From Octopus vulgaris (lineage: Eukaryota): 64,000 bases of DNA. The notes below the pieces were generated by a model that made no database searches, was not told where the DNA came from, and saw only the letters and a program-made list of their open reading frames with translations. Every line of letters starts with the position of its first letter. The first letter of the stretch is position 1. Location: the NCBI GenBank assembly GCA_951406725.2, contig OX597818.1, forward strand, positions 81,096,001 through 81,160,000, read 5' to 3'. Made by a program: the position numbers and the translations under genes. Positions 56,230 through 64,000 of the stretch are shown piece by piece.

Positions 56230-56377
56230 ATATATAAACATATATATATATATATATATATATAAACATATATAAACATATATATATATATATACATATA
56301 TATACACATATAATTAAATTATACATACCTGTATATTTGTGCGTGTGAGTGTGTGTATATGTTTATATACATACATA

Positions 56378-56449
<72 letters not shown>

Positions 56450-56679
56450 CACACATATGCAGACGGGTACCAATATGTCCGCTTATTTATTCAACTCCAC
56501 TGACCCGTCAACCACATCGCATTTGTAACAGGTTCGGGTATTCCTCCCAAGTGATCTACAAACAGAAACGGAGAAACACTGTAATTTAGACTATGTCAGA
56601 ATAGTCTTGCTACAGATCTATGAGTTTGTATTTGTGCCGTACTAGACATACACACACGTGCACACATGCACCTTCCCCC

Positions 56680-57660
56680 TCCTTGTGTTGTATGTCTTGT
56701 ACTCTGTTTTTTCGTTGTTTGAAAAAAGTTCGTTTTCTATGTTTTTCTTTTTATGTTTTCGTTTCTAATTGTGTTCAACGGTTTTTGATGTCCAGTACCC
56801 ATATGTGCCTGTATATATACATATGGATGTAGGTATGTACATATATGTATGTATATATGCATATATTTATATATTATTTATATTATTACATGATCGAACG
56901 CCACGCATTCGTTTCCAAGTAAGTTTTATGATGCGCACTCTTCAACTTTTACTAATTCTCCTCTGTCTATCTCTCTCCTCTTGTTCTTCATCCATCCTGG
57001 TTTTCTCTCCCACCCTTCCCTATTCTTCTCCTCTCCCCTTCACCGTTCCCTCTCTCTTACTCCTCCTCCTCCTCCTCCTCGACTCTCTCGTCACTGACAT
57101 GTGACCAGAGGGAAGCTATCTTTCCAACTGCTATCTTCACCGAGACAAGACGGCTTATCCCGTCCCTCTCATAAGCTGTCTCCTTAATGCGTTCAAAATA
57201 ATTTTTCCGTCGTCTTGGCTTAACAACCCTCATCGTTTGTTTTTACTGTGTTATTCTCTTTGTCCTGTTTTTTACTGTTTTTACTTGTACTGTTTTTACT
57301 GTCTTGTTTTGTTCTTACTGTCCTGTTCTTGTTACCACTTTTACCCCTCCGCAAAAAATCCCAAATTTTATTTGCTTTGCAGGAAGGATTGTTTCAATGA
57401 AGTCGCGTCTTGTCCTTACCTTCGACCCGCAGAGTAGACGAAACAGGGAAAACTGAAGGAAGGAAATATTCCTTGTGTTGTATGTTTTGTACTCTGTTTT
57501 TTCGTTGTTTGAAAAAAGTTCGTTTCCCTGTTTTTCTTTTTATGCTTTCGTTTCTCATTGTGTTCAACGTTTTTTTGATGTCCTGTACCCATATATGCAT
57601 GTATATATACATATAGATGTAGGCATGTACATATATGTATGAATATATACATATACATAT
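56680..57660 (+). mobile_element. PLE-like 3' end with ~180-bp direct terminal repeat and decayed HHR-like motif
   Basis: ccttgtgttgtatg...gtacatatatg repeated at about 56681-56850 and 57471-57640; caatga a gtc...gac GAAA cag..ctg at 57395-57456. Confidence 0.5.
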
Positions 57661-57671
57661 ATATATTTATA

Positions 57672-57950
57672 TCACCGTGATCACCGTGATCACCGTGACC
57701 GACCAGGCTATCAGATATTGCTACACATCGCTGGTCACAATTCGCTTCGCATTGTTTTAGCCATCAAATGATGCCATCCCGCTGGCTAAGCGAGCAGGCC
57801 AATATATATATATATATTCGGGCGTATGAGCTGCTGAGTAGCTTATTTAACAACCATATAGTTCCAAGTTCAGTCCAACTACGTGGCACCTTGTGCAAGT
57901 GTCTTTTACTATAGCCTCAGGTCCACCAAAGCCTCGTGAGTGGATTTGTT
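57672..57950. mobile_element. SINE family C-variant tail (-) and SINE family A head (+)
   Basis: 57700-57801 matches 11115-11215; 57820-57950 matches the family A 5' half. Confidence 0.75.
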
Positions 57951-58837
57951 GGCACGGTTCCTTATATTTTCCGTCGATCATCGATCAATCGATAAGTTTG
58001 AATCATGTACGCACCGAAATGCATATCTGAAACAGCTGTAAGCCAATAATAAATAAATAAATGAATATATAAATAAATATATAATAACCCATTATTTCTG
58101 ACTATTTTATGTATGTAAATATGTATGTCTGCATGTGTGTGTGTATATGTATATCACATACATTATCAATCACATACTCTTAACGTACACAGCTCGTGTA
58201 CTTTCCGGTAGGCCGCCTATGGCGTAATGGAGAATGCTTTCTCAATGCGCCGAGTGTTAAAACACCTGGAAGTCATAGACAGGCGAGATAACTCACTTCT
58301 TCTAATCCCAACTAGGAGTGATGGACATTGATGTTTCGCCATTTTGTGACTTATCAACATCACGCACCCGAACGGGATCGGAGATGAATCATTTCGCCAG
58401 TCCACGACTTCTGTGCATATATTGTGCAAACTTTGTGGTAGTGTGTATGGCCGGACAATGTATACGTAAGAATAAATTCAAATATAAAATAGAGGCAGCG
58501 TTAGCGTAATAAACATTATCAAGCACATATTTGGGTATTTGTCAGTAGGATGCGAACTGGCGTGGTAGAGATTTCTCTCTCAAATTGCCGAGTGGTTGGT
58601 AATGTTTATTGTACTAGCGCTGCTTCCATTTCATATTTTAACATAATGCTGTTTCAATTGCATTCATCGATACACACACACACACACATATATATATATA
58701 CACACACACACATATACAAAGATACACACACATATATATATATATACATACACATATCTATGCACAGATATATATGTATACATATATATACATCTGTATG
58801 AATATATATGCCTATGTATGTATGTATTTATCTATTT

Positions 58838-59450
58838 ATCTAAGATCTGGACTGTAGGCAGGGTAAGGCCGCGCTTCCAGCCCCACAAATTACTCAAGTT
58901 TGCACTCAGTCACATTGGCAATGTGTGCCGAGACATTGTCATGCTGTGTGAGTGTCCATCTTCGATTGACCAATATCAGGAAACGGGCCTTCAAAGGCAG
59001 TTGGTGAGCACAAATTTTAGCGCTCACAGCCGACCATCTGGGAGAAACTCAAAGTCCCAACCCGTCTCGAAATTCTACCAAACGTACGTGACATTCTGTC
59101 CCTTGCTTGACAGCAGGCCGGAGCATTGCTATTGATTTCTCATATTAAGAGTACAGAAATAGATCCATTCTTCATCTCCAGTTACAATTGATGCCTAAAA
59201 CGAACATCACAAGGATTTTTTTCAGCAGTTGCTTGTAAATGTTCACATGTCATTGGTCAGTTCATGAGGAACTTCTCCACAGCCTCTGATCTCAAGGCCC
59301 CTCATCTTCCACAACAAAAGGTCTCATTGACCTTGGTTTCTCTTCGAGGCTGAAACGTCTTCTGTCATATGTTTGTTGACAGTTTCTGGGCCTTCCACAA
59401 CATTAATTTCTTCTGCTGCTGCCCTTGCATTCACACCTTTTTTTTTCTAC
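58838..59450 (-). mobile_element. Mariner transposase pseudogene
   Basis: Minus-strand motifs in order: VPHELT, IVTGDEEWIYF, QHDNVSAH, PYPAYSPDL (mariner WVPHEL, TGDE, HDNA, YSPDL); stops and frameshifts present. Confidence 0.88.
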
Positions 59451-59599
59451 GGGTAGCATAAAATGATTCAAATTTTTTCACCGTTCTTTATCACCGCCGT
59501 AAAATAAAGAATAAATATTTAATGTCTATACATTATATATTAAAATAAAAAATAAACAATTCAGCAACATTTGGACAACAAATTGTATCATATATATTA

Positions 59600-59901
59600 T
59601 GTTTGTTCCTTCTCGAGCCATGCCTGGTTCATAAGGGCTGGTTTCCCGGTTTCCTTGGCGTATAGGTTCCTCACCTGGACGGGACGCCGGTCTGTCGCAA
59701 GTGAGCTGCAAGATGCAGGAGGAAAGAGTGAGAGAAAGTTGTGGTAAAAGAGTTAGCAAAAGTTCTACATTACCTTCTGCCGGAGCCACGTGGAGCTTAG
59801 GTGTTTCGCTCATAAACACATACATCGCCAGGTCTGAGATTCGAACCCGCGATCCCTCAACCGCGAGTCTGCTGCTCTAACCACTAGGCCATGTGCCTCC
59901 A
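59600..59901 (-). mobile_element. tRNA-derived SINE, family C
   Basis: Head ggaggcacatggcctagtggttagagcagcagactcgcgg, B box gggttcgaatc. Confidence 0.9.
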
Positions 59902-60094
59902 CTAGATATATTATATAACATTATGAAAATAATGGGCATTACATATAATTCCTTTATTTGACTAAATTTAGCTTACACATTTGTCATTATAAGTACATTA
60001 CTGACGGGTTTACCAACCGGTCTATTGATCAATTGAAGTAAATTGAACGACCTAAGAAATTAATGTGACTTTCGTCAGAACCATTTCTGGAAAT

Positions 60095-60133
<39 letters not shown>

Positions 60134-60139
<6 letters not shown>

Positions 60140-60439
60140 TAAGGGTGAAAAATTGAATATTAATTTGATTAACATCAATTTAAAACCAGTGGTCTAGCAT
60201 ATAGAAAAATCTGAAGATTCAGAAAAATCATATTATATACATATAAGAGGGATGACCACTAAGTGGACATCCATATGCTAGAAGTCGAGCTCCTGTATAT
60301 TTTGTATCTTTTTATTTGTCTTGCTTACATTCTGGCGTTTGCAAAATTTTCTTGAGAACATTCCTTTCTTAGTGGTAAGACCATAGGGAGTCGACTTCTA
60401 GCATATGGATGTCCACTTAGAGGTCATCCCTCTTATATG

Positions 60440-60445
<6 letters not shown>
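60134..60445. mobile_element. Inverted-arm element in (TA)n with one extended tail
   Basis: atataagagggatgacc.ctaagtggacatccatatgctagaagtcga (about 60241-60288) is inverted at about 60391-60438; a related fragment lies at 30855-30900. Confidence 0.7.
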
Positions 60446-60526
<81 letters not shown>

Positions 60527-60534
<8 letters not shown>

Positions 60535-60806
60535 TTAGAGACAAAACCACTATTTTGCAAATCAAACAAGGAAACACTTAATCAATACATAAAAAAATTT
60601 AATATAAAGTAAATAAATATTTATTTATTTATTTATTTATTTACTTTATATTAAATTTTTTTTAGGTATTGATTAAGTCTTTCCTTGTTTGATTTGCAAA
60701 ATAGTGGTTTTGTCTCTAATTAATATTATATAATATTTTACTATAAAATTGGATTCAATCCTAAATCTGATTTTTCCCTGTAAATTTGGATTTATTCCCT
60801 AATATT

Positions 60807-60810
<4 letters not shown>
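60527..60810. mobile_element. Short palindromic member of the 3568 family (no HHR)
   Basis: About 95-bp inverted arms centred near 60625 plus the same ~80-nt tail. Confidence 0.8.
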
Positions 60811-60861
<51 letters not shown>

Positions 60862-60862
60862 T

Positions 60863-60903
<41 letters not shown>

Positions 60904-60990
60904 TATTAGAGACAAAACCACTATTTTGCAAAACAAACAAGGAAAGACTTAATCAATACATAAAATTTTAATAAATAGTCAAAAAAACCG

Positions 60991-61033
60991 CCACTACAAT
61001 CGTTTCTTGTCTTGATCGACAATCTTCAGGTGG
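60991..61033 (-). ncRNA. Type I hammerhead ribozyme motif
   Basis: Minus strand: ccac CTGAAGA ttgtc-gatcaa-gacaa GAAA cgattg TA gtgg. Confidence 0.85.
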
Positions 61034-61073
61034 ACTTCCAATAAGTCAGTTTCAAATTTGAAACTGACTTAGT

Positions 61074-61116
61074 CCACCTGAAGATTGTCGATCAAGACAA
61101 GAAACGATTGTAGTGG
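61074..61116 (+). ncRNA. Type I hammerhead ribozyme motif
   Basis: ccac CTGAAGA ttgtc-gatcaa-gacaa GAAA cgattg TA gtgg. Stem II covaries with the 3661 copy (atgtc/gacat versus ttgtc/gacaa). Confidence 0.85.
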
Positions 61117-61292
61117 CGGTTTTTTTGACTATTTATTAAAATTTTATGTATTGATTAAGTCTTTCCTTGTTTGTTTTGCAAAATAGTGGTTTTGTCTCTA
61201 ATAATATTTTATAATATTTTACTATAAAATTGGATTTAATCCTAAATCTGATTTTTTTTTTTCCCTGTAAATTTGGATTTATTCCCTAATAT

Positions 61293-61345
<53 letters not shown>

Positions 61346-61627
61346 CAACAATTGAGGGTAAAATTAATTAATTATTAATCAATTTCACCAAGTATTCAGT
61401 ATGTAAAGGGACGATTTAAGGCGAATTCAAAATATTACATTTTATAAAGGGCTTAGTAAAATAAATTACTTTGCCACATACTGAACTCATTAGAAATAGC
61501 AGCCAAAAAAAAATTTTTTTAGCCATTTCTAATACTTAAAGAAAATTTCTCTCAGATAGTGTTTACTCAAAATAACCCACGAAGGTATGGGGGTAAAAAC
61601 ATTAAAAAATCACAAGTGCAAAGATTA

Positions 61628-61689
61628 TTTGAGAACGTACGTTTCTAGATCAGCCAAATACAATTCGACATTTCTTTCGTCAGCTCAAA
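61628..61689 (-). ncRNA. Type I hammerhead ribozyme motif
   Basis: Minus strand: tttgag CTGACGA aaga-aat-gtcgaa..tttggc-tga-tcta GAAA cgtacg TT ctcaaa. 6-bp stem I, palindromic AACGTACGTT stem III, A-A mismatch at the base of stem II. Confidence 0.75.
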
Positions 61690-62191
61690 ATTTCTTAATT
61701 CGGATTTGTAAACACTGAAAGTAGGAGCATACCCTTTTGGCGACTATTCACCTCCGAAGATCCGTTCAAACTAACAGTGCCAACAAATTCAAAATATGCA
61801 AGCGAAGAATTACTGCCCTCCCTTTCCACCCACGTGGGCTAAACTAGCAAACACCATGTTTTATCGGTGAAAACCGAAGCATTAAACAGAGAGAAATGAA
61901 TTATAATTTCAACAATTGAGGGTAAAATTAATTAATTATTAATCAATTTCACCAAGTATTCAGTATGTAAAGGGACCATTTAAGGCGAATTCAAAATATT
62001 ACATTTTATAAAGGGCTTAGTAAAATAAATTACTTTGCCACATACTGAACTCATTAGAAATAGCAGCCAAAAAAAAATTTTTTTAGCCATTTCTAATACT
62101 TAAAGAAAATTTCTCTCAGATAGTGTTTACTCAAAATAACCCACGAAGGTATGGGGGTAAAAACATTAAAAAATCACAAGTGCAAAGATTA

Positions 62192-62253
62192 TTTGAGAAC
62201 GTACGTTTCTAGATCAGCCAAATACAATTCGACATTTCTTTCGTCAGCTCAAA
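62192..62253 (-). ncRNA. Type I hammerhead ribozyme motif (second tandem unit)
   Basis: Identical to 61628-61689, 564 nt away. Confidence 0.75.
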
Positions 62254-62409
62254 ATTTCTTAATTCGGATTTGTAAACACTGAAAGTAGGAGCATACCCTT
62301 TTGGCGACTATTCACCTCCGAAGATCCGTTCAAACTAACAGTGCCAACAAATTCAAAATATGCAAGCGAAGAATTACTGCCCTCCCTTTCCACCCACGTG
62401 GGCTAAACT

Positions 62410-62440
<31 letters not shown>

Positions 62441-63213
62441 CACACATATACATACGCCACAAGTCATTCAATAATAACGATATAAAAGTTAGCCGCGGGT
62501 GGTACCCAAAATTAAACTGTTATATAGATTCTAAAGAACATTCAGTCTATAGTCTAAAGTAGATGCAACTTCAATGAACGAAGGCTATACCCGTAAAGTA
62601 AAAAACTGCTCGAAAATGACATAGTCTATAAAACAACATTATGCAAGAAGAACAATTTGAAAAGAAGACGGTGCAACAGTGAAACATTAGATGCTTCACA
62701 CACACACATAACATATATACTCAGTCCAAAACGTTAACAGAAGTAATGCGGCGTCCTGCCTAAGTACATTTGATAGAGAAAAAAAAAAGGCTAAAGAGAT
62801 AAACACAATCATAATAGGGGAAATAATGGATGATCTTGCAGAAATACTTCGGTCCATGTTGTCTACTAAATTGTTAATTATTTACGCTGGATGGTCAGAA
62901 TGCTTGGTTTTATATTATAGCATCTATTCGTTTTTTCTGAAAGATTGTCATTTTTCTATTGTGGAAATAACATCATATATTGCAGAAATTTTCCAGCTTA
63001 TGTTATCGATGAAACTAAACTGTAAGTGATTTATGGTGGTTGGTCAGTATGTGTACTTTCATAATGCAGCATTTATTAGCTTTTCTGAAGAAAGTGGTAT
63101 TTTTTCTGTAGTGGTATTTTCCTGTCCCAGAAATTTGTTGCAGATAGGTTTGTTTGGATGGTTATTTTGAAGATATACACGTTAAAGTTATATATTGGGC
63201 CTTTTCTTAATAT

Positions 63214-63500
63214 AATAATAATAATAATAATAATAGGCATTCGTCGGTCTCGAGAGACCATGGGTCTATGCCCGGACAATCTGTGTCAGCTGCAGAAGGT
63301 GGTGCAACATCTGCTGTCGTTGTACAGGCCGACACGGGAGTGGCAGTCTCGTAGGCAGCGGCTGCATTTGGAAACATTTTCTACCTGCATTACAGACTTT
63401 TCTTTGCTTAGAGCGCACTTTTCTCTTCCCCGTTCTCCATTGCGATGTATTTGTCTCCATTTGTGACCTCCTCTCATCACAGGACGTCCAAATACAAATG
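63214..63500 (-). mobile_element. RTE (BovB-like) LINE 3' end with (TAT)n tail and 13-bp TSD
   Basis: CSRCLRDCHSRVGLY C-terminal motif; 3'UTR ccatggtctctcgagaccgacgaatgcc; TSD cttttcttaatat at 63201-63213 and 63501-63513. Confidence 0.9.
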
Positions 63501-63807
63501 CTTTTCTTAATATTCTAAGACATTATCCGTCCTTGCTATGGAAAGACAGCTAGGTCATCAACATTTCTGAAGTAATAGTTGTTGTTTAGTCACAGGTTTA
63601 CCTGTTTGAACAGATATCAAGACATTCCATTCGTGACCATTCAGTGTTTTCAGGAGTATGTAGGACTACATTCTCTGATGCGTATTTATCTTTAGCCATT
63701 AGGATGTGATTTGAGGGACATTTCATTGCTATTTCGAGCAGGTCGAACGAATATGTTGAGGCTTCCTCATTGACTCGAAGAAATATAGTGGATGGTGGTG
63801 TTACTGG

Positions 63808-63845
<38 letters not shown>

Positions 63846-63912
63846 GAGTATCAAATAATTGGTGTTCACATGAACCTAGAATTGCATTTCTATGAATATC
63901 TGCTGCCAGAAG

Positions 63913-63957
<45 letters not shown>

Positions 63958-64000
63958 TGTGTGTATTTGTGTGTGTGTATGTGTGTGCACATATGTAAAG

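Larger units (their letters stand above)
60897..61305. mobile_element. Palindromic member of the 3568 family with two HHRs
   Basis: About 140-bp near-perfect inverted arms around aagtcagtttcaaatttgaaactgactt, plus tail. Confidence 0.85.
61338..62410 (-). mobile_element. 564-bp near-identical tandem repeat (1.9 units), one HHR per unit; retrozyme or PLE pseudo-LTR type
   Basis: aatttcaacaattgagg starts at 61341 and 61905; only one substitution noticed by eye; flanked by (TA)n and by An(TA)n. Confidence 0.85.

Overview
AT-rich, microsatellite-saturated eukaryotic non-coding DNA (intergenic or deep intronic). The repeat content suggests a cephalopod such as Octopus; that is an inference, not a search result. 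I find no host protein-coding exon: almost every ORF in the track is translated simple repeat, and the few protein-like ones are decayed transposon fragments. These fragments are a Penelope-like GIY-YIG endonuclease, two R4/Dong pieces (CCHC knuckle and restriction-like endonuclease), an L1/Tx1 zinc knuckle, several RTE pieces and a mariner transposase. The window also holds about 30 tRNA-derived SINE copies in four families, a 5S rRNA-derived sequence, a Helitron-like element and several MITEs. The main signal not visible in the ORF track is a dense set of minimal type I hammerhead ribozyme (HHR) motifs: 8 with intact CUGANGA/GAAA/UH cores, one core variant and several decayed copies. They lie in non-coding Penelope-type elements, mostly next to (TA)n tracts. 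Three architectures stand out: a tRNA-headed HHR-bearing SINE-like element folded into a palindrome (11.6-12.3 kb), a palindrome with an HHR on each strand (60.9-61.3 kb), and a near-identical 564-bp tandem repeat with one HHR per unit, resembling a retrozyme (61.3-62.4 kb). All structures were read by eye, and repeat boundaries are approximate unless a target-site duplication (TSD) is given.
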